Positions 16,005-24,996 of a DNA stretch of 64,000 nt are shown one piece after another; positions within the stretch are counted from its first letter, which is position 1; each line of letters opens with the position of its first letter. The notes under the pieces were generated by a model. The model did not search any database. It worked only from the letters and a program-made list of their open reading frames with translations, and was not told the origin of the DNA. The translations under genes were made by a program, and so were the position numbers. Source of the stretch: an uncultured Hyphomicrobiales bacterium (lineage in GTDB: Bacteria > Pseudomonadota > Alphaproteobacteria > Rhodospirillales > CAYFNC01); assembly GCA_964344345.1 (NCBI GenBank), contig CAYFNC010000006.1, positions 30,894 through 94,893 of the forward strand. Reading direction: 5' to 3'.

Positions 16005-16154
16005 TTGAACGTTCTTCAGGAGCTCTTCGCATTTCTGCGCCAGCGCAAGAAACTTTGGTTGTGGCCGATCGTCATCATGTCCCTTCTGGTGGGATCGCTG
16101 ATCGTGCTGACCCACGGATCGGCCGTGGCGCCGTTCATCTATGCGGTTTTCTAA
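16005..16154 (+). CDS. small membrane protein resembling DUF5989
   Basis: 49 aa: LNVLQELFAFLRQRKKLWLWPIVIMSLLVGSLIVLTHGSAVAPFIYAVF. TTG start with GGGGA upstream. The family assignment is from memory of its consensus. Confidence 0.6.
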   Translation: MNVLQELFAFLRQRKKLWLWPIVIMSLLVGSLIVLTHGSAVAPFIYAVF

Positions 16155-16184
16155 GGGCTGAAGGAATAATGGGGCGGCGGCGCG

Positions 16185-17558
16185 TCAGCCCGCGGCCCCG
16201 GCGTTAATGGCGTCCATTTCGTCCTCGAAGAAGAATCGCTCCTCCCCGAAGGCCGGACGCAGGTCGTCGAGCCAGGTGGCGTCCGGATCGTACTTGGCGA
16301 AGAAGGGGCGCTGGACCCAGTCGGGGTTGCGGCCCTGGATGAACCGAAGCACGAAGACCTTTTCGCCCGCGACCTCGGTCACGCCCTGGATTTCCACCTT
16401 GCCGGGCGTGGCGCTCATGGACGGGCCGCGCGCGGTGCGCGACAGGCCGGATACCTTTGAGTACGCCTCGCGGTAGATGTCCCAAACCCGATGCAGCGGG
16501 ACCTCGAAATAGCGCGACGCGCCGGTGTCCCGCTCCACGAACATGTAGTAGGGGACGACGCCCAACTCCACCTCGGTCCGCCACTTGCGGGACCAGACCC
16601 CGGCGTCGTCGTTGATGTGGGCGAGCACCGGGCCCTGGCTGCGGATGACCGCGCCGGCGTCGCGCAGGCGGCGGATGGCGACCCGGGTGAGTTCGGGCTC
16701 GAGCTCCCGCCAATGATTGAGATGCGCCATGATGGCGACCTGTCGGCCGGTTTCCGCCAGACGCTCGAAAACGGACAGGAAGCGGTCCGCGTCCCGGTCG
16801 GTGACGAAGCGCTGGGGCCAGTAGGTCAACGCCTTGGTGCCCAGGCGGACGCTGCGGATGTGCTCCAGCCCCGGTTCGAACAGGGGGGCCAGATATTCCT
16901 CGAGATGGCGGGCTTGCATCACCGACGGGTCGCCACCGGTGAGCAATAGGTCGGTGACGTCGGTCTGGCCGCGCAGATAGCGCGCGAGGCGGGCGGAATC
17001 GTGGGCGGAGAAGCGCAGGTCGTCGTCGCCCGAGAACTGGGCCCAGCGGTAGCAGAAGGAGCAGTACGACTGGCAGGTCTGTCCACGTCCAGGGAAGAAC
17101 AGAACGGTTTCGCGGTACTTGTGCTGCGCCCCTTCCAGCGGCCGTCCGTCCAGCATGGGGACGTTAAGCGACTGCTGCCCGGCCGGGTGGGGGTTGAGCT
17201 TGTTGCGGATGTCCCAGGCGAGCGTCTGGATTTCGCCCTCGTCCGCGTCCCGGCGCAGAAGGTCGGCCATGGCGTCGAAATCGGCGGGATCGATCATGCC
17301 GGGCTGGGGGAAGACCAGTTGGTACATGGGGTCGTCGGGCGCGTTGTCCCAGTCGATCAACTCGTCCAGGAAATAGGCGTTGACCCGGAACGGCAGAACC
17401 TGCGCGACCACCCGCATGGCGAAGCGCAGGTCGGCGGGCATGCGGGACAGATGGGGAATGTCGTCGAAATCGCGGAGCGTGAAGGTTCTGTGGCTGGCGG
17501 GCGCAAATCGGGCGTAACCGGTCGTCCATTTCCGCGCGAGTTCAGCCACGGGCGTCAT
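16185..17558 (-). CDS. KamA-family (lysine 2,3-aminomutase-like) radical SAM protein
   Basis: AQHKYRETVLFFPGRGQTCQSYCSFCYRW (CxxxCxxC in KamA context), then LLLTGGDP and SVRLGTK blocks. Confidence 0.8.
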   Translation of the reverse strand: MTPVAELARKWTTGYARFAPASHRTFTLRDFDDIPHLSRMPADLRFAMRVVAQVLPFRVNAYFLDELIDWDNAPDDPMYQLVFPQPGMIDPADFDAMADLLRRDADEGEIQTLAWDIRNKLNPHPAGQQSLNVPMLDGRPLEGAQHKYRETVLFFPGRGQTCQSYCSFCYRWAQFSGDDDLRFSAHDSARLARYLRGQTDVTDLLLTGGDPSVMQARHLEEYLAPLFEPGLEHIRSVRLGTKALTYWPQRFVTDRDADRFLSVFERLAETGRQVAIMAHLNHWRELEPELTRVAIRRLRDAGAVIRSQGPVLAHINDDAGVWSRKWRTEVELGVVPYYMFVERDTGASRYFEVPLHRVWDIYREAYSKVSGLSRTARGPSMSATPGKVEIQGVTEVAGEKVFVLRFIQGRNPDWVQRPFFAKYDPDATWLDDLRPAFGEERFFFEDEMDAINAGAAG

Positions 17559-17988
17559 GCTTGACGATCCCTGATCCGTTTCACCAATGGCGCAGTTGGA
17601 CAGATGTTCACCCCGAACTCCCCCAATCTGCTTGATGCGGACCGCCTAGGTCTGATCCGGCGGCGCCCGTCTTTCTTGTCGGATCATTACGTGATCCTTT
17701 CGGACTCGTTTACGCACTTCGAACGAATGAATCAAGAAAAATCGAATCAGCGCTCTTGGCGGTTATGAGTTGCGATTTATTCACAGATTATAACAGGAAT
17801 GTAATATATTGGCGTTGTTTATGAAAATAACTGCCGATTTTTAACTATTATTCAAAAATTCCTAGAAACATACAGTTTGACTTGCAGGTGAGCGGCTATT
17901 TTTTCTCAAGCGATGAAAGACGCAGCCAAATTGATTGTCGAAGACAATCGGACGAATTCCCGGTCGACTCTTGCGGTGAAAGGGCGAA

Positions 17989-18018
17989 AAGGCTTGGCGG
18001 CGCCGGCCGCCAAGCCTT
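17989..18018 (-). terminator. hairpin terminator just downstream of tRNA-Lys
   Basis: 13-bp perfect stem AAGGCTTGGCGGC / GCCGCCAAGCCTT with a 4-nt loop, 8 nt after the tRNA 3' end. On the minus strand only two T residues follow the stem (TTCGCCC), though the stem's own terminal TT gives a run of four. Confidence 0.6.
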
Positions 18019-18025
18019 TCCTTAT

Positions 18026-18314
18026 TGGTGAGCCCGCCAGGACTCGAACCTGGGACCAACTGATTACGCACCACTTCGGCTTTCGCCGCCCCATCGGGTT
18101 CGTGGTCCGGACTATCCCTTCGCCGTATCCCCTGGAGGACGTAGGCGGGCGCCGTCTAGTCTCTACACCTTCCCGGGCTCGGCCGGGCTTGGCTCGGGAT
18201 CGCCATCAGCGTGGGCTGGAAGGGTTCCCCGAATTTGACGCCTGTTCACCCGCCGGTTTCCCGACGGGGCTCCCGTTTGAAAGTCAGTTGCTCTACCACC
18301 TGAGCTACGGGCCC
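18026..18314 (-). tRNA. tRNA-Lys(UUU) interrupted by a group I intron (exons 18280-18314 and 18026-18066)
   Basis: The joined exons give a 76-nt cloverleaf: GGGCCCG TA GCTC AGGTGGTA GAGC A ACTGA CTTTTAA TCAGT TGGTC CCAGG TTCGAGT CCTGG CGGGCTC A CCA. All stems pair, and the sequence is close to E. coli tRNA-Lys. Confidence 0.85.
18067..18279 (-). ncRNA. group I intron (IC3-like, Azoarcus/Agrobacterium tRNA-intron type), 213 nt
   Basis: Contains GTCAAATTCGG, GAGCCAAGC and GAAGGTGTAGAGACTAGACGGCGCCCGCCTA, which match the Azoarcus tRNA-Ile intron core as I recall it. The intron ends in G. The exon CUUU can pair with the internal GGAG, giving a U-G wobble at the 5' splice site. Confidence 0.85.
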
Positions 18315-18522
18315 GCGGTCGCCCGCGAGGGCAGGCCCTTAAATACACCGCGCGTTTCGCCAGATCAATTCCTGGCGGCTCTTCCGTTCGGCACAATCTT
18401 CCACGGCGGCAGAGAAAATTTTTCCCGGTAGGCAGCCGAAACGCCGGTATTTCCTGTCCCGTCCATGCGGGTCGAAAAAAGAAACGCATTATTTTCAATG
18501 TGTTGATTGTTCCTGGGAAAGT

Positions 18523-18537
18523 TGGCCCGCTCTTTGC
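18523..18537 (+). promoter_or_regulatory. sigma54 (-24/-12) promoter candidate for the fliK-flgD-flgE operon
   Basis: TGGCCC-GCTCT-TTGC fits TGGCAC-N5-TTGC spacing exactly. It lies 44 nt upstream of the fliK ATG. Confidence 0.55.
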
Positions 18538-18580
18538 TCATTAGGCCGTGACGAAAATTCTTTTGGGGAAAGGCCAAGTC

Positions 18581-20443
18581 ATGGACAGTCTCGTCATCAA
18601 CGCCCAAGCCGCCGCCAACGACGCGAACGGGCAGAAGAAGAATGAAAACAGTCTTCCCGGCAACTTCGGCGGACTCGCGGCGACCTTCGACGAACTCGTC
18701 AAGAAGGTCACCACGTCGATCGAGGGCAACCTTGGCCGCATCGCCCCTAAATCCGACCTGACCAGCGTGTCCGAGGCGACCCAGCCCGCCGCGCCGAGGG
18801 AAGAGAACGACTATAGCCGCCGCGACGACGTCTCGCACGGCGACCGCGATGACCGCGGCTACGCCGACGACCGGGGCGACGACCGTCCCGACGCCGTCCG
18901 CGCCGACCGAGGCGACGACGGCGGTCGCGACATGAGCGACGACCGTCCCCAGGAAACCGCCGACAACCGCGTCGATAACCGCGATGACGGCGGACGGCGC
19001 GACGAGGCCCCCCGCGACAACGACCACGGCGCCGACCGCCAGGCCTCCGAGGACCATCCCCAGAATAACGAGAACGCTTCCGCCCGCCAGGACGGCGGCG
19101 AGCAGAATCCGCAGGCGACCGACCAGCAGGCCCGGCAGACCGCCGGCGCCGAGGGCGCGCAGACCCAGAACGCCGGCAACCAGGCGCTGGGCGCGGCCCA
19201 GCACGCCGAACAGGTGTTGTCCGGTTTGGTCGCCGGCGCCCAGGGCCAGCAGGCTCAGGCCCAGGTCGCGACCCAGGCCAGGGTCGAGGCCCATGGTCCC
19301 AAGATCGATGGCGCCCATCAGGGACCGAGCGCCGGGCTCGAGGCCGTCGCATCCAAGGCGGCCGAGACCGGCTCCGGCCCCAACCACAGCCTCGGCAAGA
19401 ACAACGGCCAGCACCTGGGACAGGGGCAGGCCAACCAGCAGGCCCAGGCCAACGCCCAGGGTCAGGCTCAGGGGCAGGCCCAGGGCCAGGCCGCGCAGGC
19501 CGCCGCCAATAACGACGCCGCCGCGCGCCAGGCCGCCGATCTGGCGGGCAAGTTGGCTCCGGGCGAGAAGCTCGCCGTCGAGGTCAACGTGGCCAACGAG
19601 GCCCAGACCCTGGTGTCCAAGCCGGGATCGGCCTTGTCGACCGCCAGCGCCGCCGCCGCCGAGGAAGGGCCGACCCTGCGTCAGCAGCAGGCCCAGAACA
19701 CGAACGCCCAGGCGGGCCTGAACGCGGCCGCGCAGCAGAACGCCCAGCAGGGCGCCCAGGCCATGGGCCAGGGCCAGGCCCAGCAGGGCGCGGCCCAGTC
19801 CGGCCAGAACCAGATCCTGGCGGCCCAGGCCGCCGACGGCAAGGCGCAGGCCGCTTCCGGCCCGCAGGGCCCGCAGACCATCCAGCAGCCCCAGGGCCTG
19901 GGCGGCGAGAGCGCCGGGCAGTCCAACGCCAACGCCACGTCGGAAACCGGCCAGACCCAGCAGTCGGCCGCCGCCCGCGCCGCGCAGCAGGCCCGTCCGG
20001 CCGCGCAGACCCAGCCCGTGGCCACTCAGGTCTCGGTCGAGATCACCAAGGCGCTCGCCGCCGGCAACGACAGGATCAACATCAAGCTCGATCCCGCGTC
20101 GCTGGGCCGCGTGGACGTCAACATGGAGGTCTCCCACGAGGGCAAGATCATGGCCGTGGTGACGGCGGACAGCAAGGACACCTTGGATCTGCTGCGCCGC
20201 GACGCCGGCGATCTGGCCAAGTCGCTGCAGGAAGCCGGGCTCGACCTGGACGCTGGCGACATGGAGTTCAACCTCCGCGAACAGACCGAACAGTTCGCCG
20301 AGCAGGGTAACGGCCAGGGCAACGGCGCGGGCGGCGAGGAAGCCGACAACAACCCGTTCCTGGACGAAGACATCGTCGATCCCTGGGCGGTGACGAACGA
20401 AGGCGGGATCATTTCCGACACCCGCGTCGACATCAAGGCCTAG
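18581..20443 (+). CDS. fliK: flagellar hook-length control protein FliK
   Basis: The C-terminal Flg_hook-type domain reads QVSVEITKALAAGNDRINIKLDPASLGRVDVNMEVSHEGKIMAVVTADSKDTLDLLRRD. The long central region is low-complexity and Q/A/G-rich. The gene sits upstream of flgD. Confidence 0.8.
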   Translation: MDSLVINAQAAANDANGQKKNENSLPGNFGGLAATFDELVKKVTTSIEGNLGRIAPKSDLTSVSEATQPAAPREENDYSRRDDVSHGDRDDRGYADDRGDDRPDAVRADRGDDGGRDMSDDRPQETADNRVDNRDDGGRRDEAPRDNDHGADRQASEDHPQNNENASARQDGGEQNPQATDQQARQTAGAEGAQTQNAGNQALGAAQHAEQVLSGLVAGAQGQQAQAQVATQARVEAHGPKIDGAHQGPSAGLEAVASKAAETGSGPNHSLGKNNGQHLGQGQANQQAQANAQGQAQGQAQGQAAQAAANNDAAARQAADLAGKLAPGEKLAVEVNVANEAQTLVSKPGSALSTASAAAAEEGPTLRQQQAQNTNAQAGLNAAAQQNAQQGAQAMGQGQAQQGAAQSGQNQILAAQAADGKAQAASGPQGPQTIQQPQGLGGESAGQSNANATSETGQTQQSAAARAAQQARPAAQTQPVATQVSVEITKALAAGNDRINIKLDPASLGRVDVNMEVSHEGKIMAVVTADSKDTLDLLRRDAGDLAKSLQEAGLDLDAGDMEFNLREQTEQFAEQGNGQGNGAGGEEADNNPFLDEDIVDPWAVTNEGGIISDTRVDIKA

Positions 20444-20481
20444 GCGAAAAAAGCGCCAGGCCGGGCTAGGAGACGAAAACG

Positions 20482-21186
20482 ATGCTGACGAACGACATCA
20501 CAGGCGTCATGGGCGCCCAGGCGGCGGAGACCGGAGACCCGGTCGCCCGCTCGGTCAGCGACAAGGAAAAGCTGGACGAGGAACTGAACCGGTTCATGAA
20601 CCTTCTGGTCACCCAGCTCAAGAACCAGGACCCCCTGGACCCCATGGACGCCAACGAATTCACCAACCAGTTGGTGCAGTTCGCGAGCGTCGAGCAGCAG
20701 ATCTACCAGAACGCCAACCTGGAAAAGCTGTTGAAGGTGCAGGAAAGCTCCCAGATCGCGACCATGGTCAACTACATCGGCACCGAGGTCGAGGTCGAAG
20801 GCGAGGTCCTGCCTCTGCAGGACGGCGCGGGCAAGTTCACGTACACGCTCTCGGAAAACGCCAAGCAGAACACCATCACCATCACCAACGCCGCGGGTCA
20901 TCAGGTCTACAACGGCGACGGCGAAACCGCGATGGGCATGCACACCTTCGAATGGGACGGCCTGGACAAGTACGGCATCCAGCTTCCCGACGGCGCCTAT
21001 ACGATCAAGTCCAGCGCCGTGGATCCCAGGGGCAACCTTCTTGACGTTTCCTACACCGTGTTCGGCCGGGTGACCGGCGGCGCGTCCGATGACGGCGAGG
21101 TCTCGCTGTTCATGGACGATGTCCAGTCGCCCATGAACGACGTCCTGTCGGTCAACGAGGCCAAAAAGGACACGACGACGGAGTAA
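20482..21186 (+). CDS. flgD: flagellar hook assembly/capping protein FlgD
   Basis: FMNLLVTQLKNQDPLDPMDANEFTNQLVQFASVEQQI is the FlgD signature. AGGAGA ribosome-binding site. Confidence 0.9.
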   Translation: MLTNDITGVMGAQAAETGDPVARSVSDKEKLDEELNRFMNLLVTQLKNQDPLDPMDANEFTNQLVQFASVEQQIYQNANLEKLLKVQESSQIATMVNYIGTEVEVEGEVLPLQDGAGKFTYTLSENAKQNTITITNAAGHQVYNGDGETAMGMHTFEWDGLDKYGIQLPDGAYTIKSSAVDPRGNLLDVSYTVFGRVTGGASDDGEVSLFMDDVQSPMNDVLSVNEAKKDTTTE

Positions 21187-21252
21187 TGGAGTTAACCAAG
21201 GCGGCCGAGAAAAAGCAGGCCGCGAGAGTAGACTAGAGTAAGGAGAAGAATC

Positions 21253-23328
21253 ATGAGTTTGTACGGTGCTTTGTTCTCGGGCGTTTCGGGCCTGACGTCG
21301 CAGAGTAGCGCCATGGGCGCCATCTCGGACAACATCACGAACGTCTCGACCGTGGGTTACAAGAACACGCAGGTGAACTTCCAGACCCTGGTCACCAAGC
21401 AGACGTCGTCAACGTTCTATTCCGCGGGCGGCGTGCAGTCCAAACCCCGCGGCGCCAACGACGTGCAGGGCCTGTTGCAGGCGACCACGTCGCAGACCGA
21501 CTTCAGCGTGTCGGGCGGCGGCTTCTTCGTGGTCAACGAGGCCAGCCAGCCCGGCATCAGCAACCAGTACCTGTACTCCCGCGCCGGCGAGTTCTTCCAG
21601 GACAACGCAGGCTTCCTGCGCAACACGTCGGGTTATTACCTGCAGGCGTGGCCGACGGATGCGTCCGGCAACGTGCGGGCCGCCAACACCAATCTCAGCG
21701 TGGCCAACCAGAACATCGTGTCCACCGACTATCTGGAAACGGTCAACCTGTCCCGCGTCGGCGGCACGGCGTCGTCCACCACGTCCATCGGCGTCGGCGC
21801 CAACCTCCCGGCCAGCGACACCACGGGCCAGACCCACCGGACCGACGTCCAGTTCTTCGACTCGCTCGGCAACGCCGGCAACGTCAGCTTCGTGTACACC
21901 AAGACGGGGCGCGACAACGTCTGGGATCTGGGCATCGATCCGCCCGCCGGCACCAGCGTGCTGACGGTGGAGGATTCCAGCGGCAATGCGACCCAGAGCG
22001 CCGGGCACGTGGAATTCACCGCCCGTCCCGCCGACGGCGCCACCATCGTGATCGACGGCATCACATACGAATTCGACAACACCGGCGCCGTGGGCGGCGG
22101 CAATACCGCGGTCACCGTCACGAACAACACCACGATCGCGCAGGACGTGGCGACCCTGGTCGCCGCGATCAAGGGCGCGGACACGGACTTCGCGGATTAC
22201 GGCGGGTACACCAACACCCGCGTTGCGGTCAGCTCCACCGACACCGCGACGGTCATCTTCCGCGAAGACGGAACCAAGGCGTTCTCCGTCAACCCGGCCG
22301 GTCTTCTTGACACCTCGGGCAATCCGGTGACCAAGCAGGAGACCACCTTCACGGTCCGGAACGTGGCGTCGGGTTATCGCGATTTCCTCCAGTTCAAGTT
22401 CCCGGGCGTTCCCGCCAACGGCGAGACCATGACCATCAACGGCACGGTCTACACCTTCAACAACGCCGAAGGCGCGGGCGATAACGACACCACCATCGCC
22501 ACCGGCGGCGGCGTCGCGGCCATGCTGGCCGACCTGGAATCCGCAATGGAGGCCAACGACTCCCTGTTCGCGGGCACCCGCGTCAGGGTCCGACAGGACT
22601 CCAACTCGGGCGCCGTCGACACCCTTGTGCTCGACGTTCTGCCAAGCGGCTCATACAACGTGGTCTTCTCGAACCCGTTCGCCAACAACCCGACCGACCC
22701 GTCCGGCGTGTTGACCTACGCCGACGGCGGAACCACGGCGATCGACAAGAGCTACGCCCTGGTCTTCGACTCCAAGGGCCTTCCGAGCGCCATCAACGTC
22801 TCGGAACTGGAAATCCTGGGCTTCACCAACGGTTCCGCCGACATGGACGACTCGACCACCAACGTGTCGCAGATCGGCCTCGATTTCGGCACCGTGGGCG
22901 AGGCCAACGGCATGACCCAGTTCGGCGCGGCCTACAGCCCGACGTTCATCACCCAGAACGGGTCTCGTTTCGGAACTTTCTCCGGCGTGTCGGTGAACAC
23001 ATCCGGCCTCGTGACGGCGCTGTTCGACAACGGCGAAACCCGGACGGTCTTCAAGATCCCGGTCGCCACCTTCGTCAGCCCGGCCCAGTTGGAAAACCGG
23101 AGCGGCAACGTGTGGAGCTCCACCGAGGCGTCGGGCGACTACACGCTGCGCGAACCGGACAACGGTCCCGCGGGCCAGGTGGTCCAGGCCGCCCTGGAAT
23201 CCTCCACGGTCGACATCGGTGAGGAATTCACCAACATGATCGTGGTCCAGCGGGCCTATTCCGCCAGCGCCAAGATCATCAGCACCGCCGACGAAATGTT
23301 GGAAGAGCTGATGAGGACCAAGCGTTAG
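21253..23328 (+). CDS. flgE: flagellar hook protein FlgE
   Basis: N-terminus MSLYGALFSGVSGLTSQSSAMGAISDNITNVSTVGYK. C-terminus FTNMIVVQRAYSASAKIISTADEMLEEL. Confidence 0.95.
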   Translation: MSLYGALFSGVSGLTSQSSAMGAISDNITNVSTVGYKNTQVNFQTLVTKQTSSTFYSAGGVQSKPRGANDVQGLLQATTSQTDFSVSGGGFFVVNEASQPGISNQYLYSRAGEFFQDNAGFLRNTSGYYLQAWPTDASGNVRAANTNLSVANQNIVSTDYLETVNLSRVGGTASSTTSIGVGANLPASDTTGQTHRTDVQFFDSLGNAGNVSFVYTKTGRDNVWDLGIDPPAGTSVLTVEDSSGNATQSAGHVEFTARPADGATIVIDGITYEFDNTGAVGGGNTAVTVTNNTTIAQDVATLVAAIKGADTDFADYGGYTNTRVAVSSTDTATVIFREDGTKAFSVNPAGLLDTSGNPVTKQETTFTVRNVASGYRDFLQFKFPGVPANGETMTINGTVYTFNNAEGAGDNDTTIATGGGVAAMLADLESAMEANDSLFAGTRVRVRQDSNSGAVDTLVLDVLPSGSYNVVFSNPFANNPTDPSGVLTYADGGTTAIDKSYALVFDSKGLPSAINVSELEILGFTNGSADMDDSTTNVSQIGLDFGTVGEANGMTQFGAAYSPTFITQNGSRFGTFSGVSVNTSGLVTALFDNGETRTVFKIPVATFVSPAQLENRSGNVWSSTEASGDYTLREPDNGPAGQVVQAALESSTVDIGEEFTNMIVVQRAYSASAKIISTADEMLEELMRTKR

Positions 23329-23369
23329 GACCGTTTTACTTTCTTCTCCAAGCCCAACCGTCTCAACTT

Positions 23370-23403
23370 CCCCGGCAGGGTTCGCCCCGCCGGGGTTTTT
23401 TTT
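23370..23403 (+). terminator. rho-independent terminator after flgE
   Basis: Stem CCCCGGC / GCCGGGG followed by T8. Confidence 0.75.
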
Positions 23404-23453
23404 GTCCGGGCGCTGGAATACGCTGTTGCGAGGCGGAATGCGGGAGAACGCCG

Positions 23454-24371
23454 ATGTTCGAGTTCGGATCGAAAAACGATGGCGACGGCGTGGAAACGGC
23501 GCTGGAGCGCATCCATTGGACCTTGGAGCAAATTTACGCGTCGCTCGAAGGCGTGGCGATGCGCGAAGCCGCGCGCGAGAAGAAGCGGATCGAGGGGCTC
23601 AACGCGACCGCGCGCCTGCTGCGGGAACTGCAGGAAAGCCTCGCCGACGCCTCCATGGACCGGCTGGCGGCGTTTGTCGAGACGCGGCGCGGCGCCGCCG
23701 GGGCGGACGCGTTTCGCGCGGAAATGCTGGTTATCGCCCACGCCCTGACTTCGAATCGTCTGGAGGATTTGAACGCCCTTTGCCCCGGCTGCCTCGACGG
23801 GACCGCCGGCCTGCTGGCGCGGACGGAGCGCTTCGCCCTGGAAACGGTCGAGCCCCTTCATCGAGACCTGTTGGACTGGCTGGGGCGCGAGGCCTCGGTC
23901 GAAGGGCGCGACGCCCTGATGGCGGATATCCTCGCCGCGACGGTCCCCAAGGAGGAATTGAACGCGGCCATGGACCGGCTGCGGGCCGAGCACGGCCAGG
24001 ACGACCTGTTCGAGCGGGTGGGCGTGATGCTGAGCGGCCCTTACCTTTTGATGGAGGCGACCGAGGAGACCGTCGCCGCCTTCGTCCGGGAGATGGAGCG
24101 CGGCGACCTGGTCGACTTGATGGCCTCCGTCGAGGAGGAATTGCGCGGCCGCCTCCTGTCCGCCTGTGGCCCGGAGGCGGAGGAGGGGCTGGTCCAGGAC
24201 ATGGAGATTCGGGGCCCCGCCGACATCGAGGAGCGCCGCCGCGCTTTCGCGCACGCGGCCGGGATCATACGGGGCATGGCCCGGGACGGGCGCATGGCGT
24301 TCGCGAGGCCGTCCGCCGACATCCTCACGTCCGAGGAGATCGACGACATCCTGAAGATGGTCGAGGATTAA
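23454..24371 (+). CDS. hypothetical protein with a FliG C-terminal-like segment
   Basis: The segment VDLMASVEEELRGRLLSACGPEAEEGLVQDMEIRGPADIEERRRAFAHAAGIIRGMARDG resembles the FliG_C pattern. The rest is unrecognised. Confidence 0.45.
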   Translation: MFEFGSKNDGDGVETALERIHWTLEQIYASLEGVAMREAAREKKRIEGLNATARLLRELQESLADASMDRLAAFVETRRGAAGADAFRAEMLVIAHALTSNRLEDLNALCPGCLDGTAGLLARTERFALETVEPLHRDLLDWLGREASVEGRDALMADILAATVPKEELNAAMDRLRAEHGQDDLFERVGVMLSGPYLLMEATEETVAAFVREMERGDLVDLMASVEEELRGRLLSACGPEAEEGLVQDMEIRGPADIEERRRAFAHAAGIIRGMARDGRMAFARPSADILTSEEIDDILKMVED

Positions 24372-24372
24372 T

Positions 24373-24996
24373 TCAGCGCTTCAACAGGAACACCGCCTGC
24401 TCGCCCAGAAGGTTTGCGGTGAAGAACCCCCGGCCAATGCCCCGGGGAATCCCGTCCGCGTCCAGCGAGACCGCCTTTTCTATGGTGATGTCCGCGACCC
24501 GGCAGAGATCCATGAAATCCTTGATGGTGCAGAAATGGATGTTTGGGGTTTCGTACCATTCCAGCGGCAGGATTCCGCTTTTGGGCATGCGGCCGCGAAA
24601 CAGCACGTACAGCCGCAGCCGCCAGTGGGCGAAGTTGGGAAACGACACCACCGCGCGCCGCCCGATGCGCAGCATGTTCTCCAGCGCCACCCGGGGCTCG
24701 CGCATGGCCTGCAGGGTCTGGCTCAGCACCACGTAGTCGAAGGCGCCGTCGGGGTATTCCTTCAGGTCGGTCTCGGCGTCGCCCTGGATCACGGACAGGC
24801 CCGCGCTGACGCAGGCGTTGACGCCCTTGCTGGACAACTCCACGCCTCGGGCGTCCACGTCCTTGAAGCGGCTGAGGTACTCCAATAGCCCGCCGTCGCC
24901 GCAGCCCACGTCCAGGACGCGGCTTCCCGGCTCGATCATGTCGGCGACGAGCTGCAGGTCGGGGCGGATATTGCTCTTCAGGATTTCCGGGGTCAT
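24373..24996 (-). CDS. metW: methionine biosynthesis protein MetW
   Basis: [26 protein letters not shown] ... [20 protein letters not shown] ... [16 protein letters not shown]. Overlaps the metX stop. Confidence 0.9.
   Translation of the reverse strand: MTPEILKSNIRPDLQLVADMIEPGSRVLDVGCGDGGLLEYLSRFKDVDARGVELSSKGVNACVSAGLSVIQGDAETDLKEYPDGAFDYVVLSQTLQAMREPRVALENMLRIGRRAVVSFPNFAHWRLRLYVLFRGRMPKSGILPLEWYETPNIHFCTIKDFMDLCRVADITIEKAVSLDADGIPRGIGRGFFTANLLGEQAVFLLKR

Noticed and set aside
17560-17900. AT-rich stretch (far below the window GC content) between the KamA-like gene and tRNA-Lys
   Set aside because: Likely a promoter or intergenic region, or an insertion scar. I saw no repeats, ORFs or structured motifs in it.
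17862-18498. ORFs 17862-18074, 17906-18094, 17913-18431 and 18163-18498
   Set aside because: They cover the tRNA-Lys exons, the group I intron and the terminator. The RNA interpretation explains the sequence fully.
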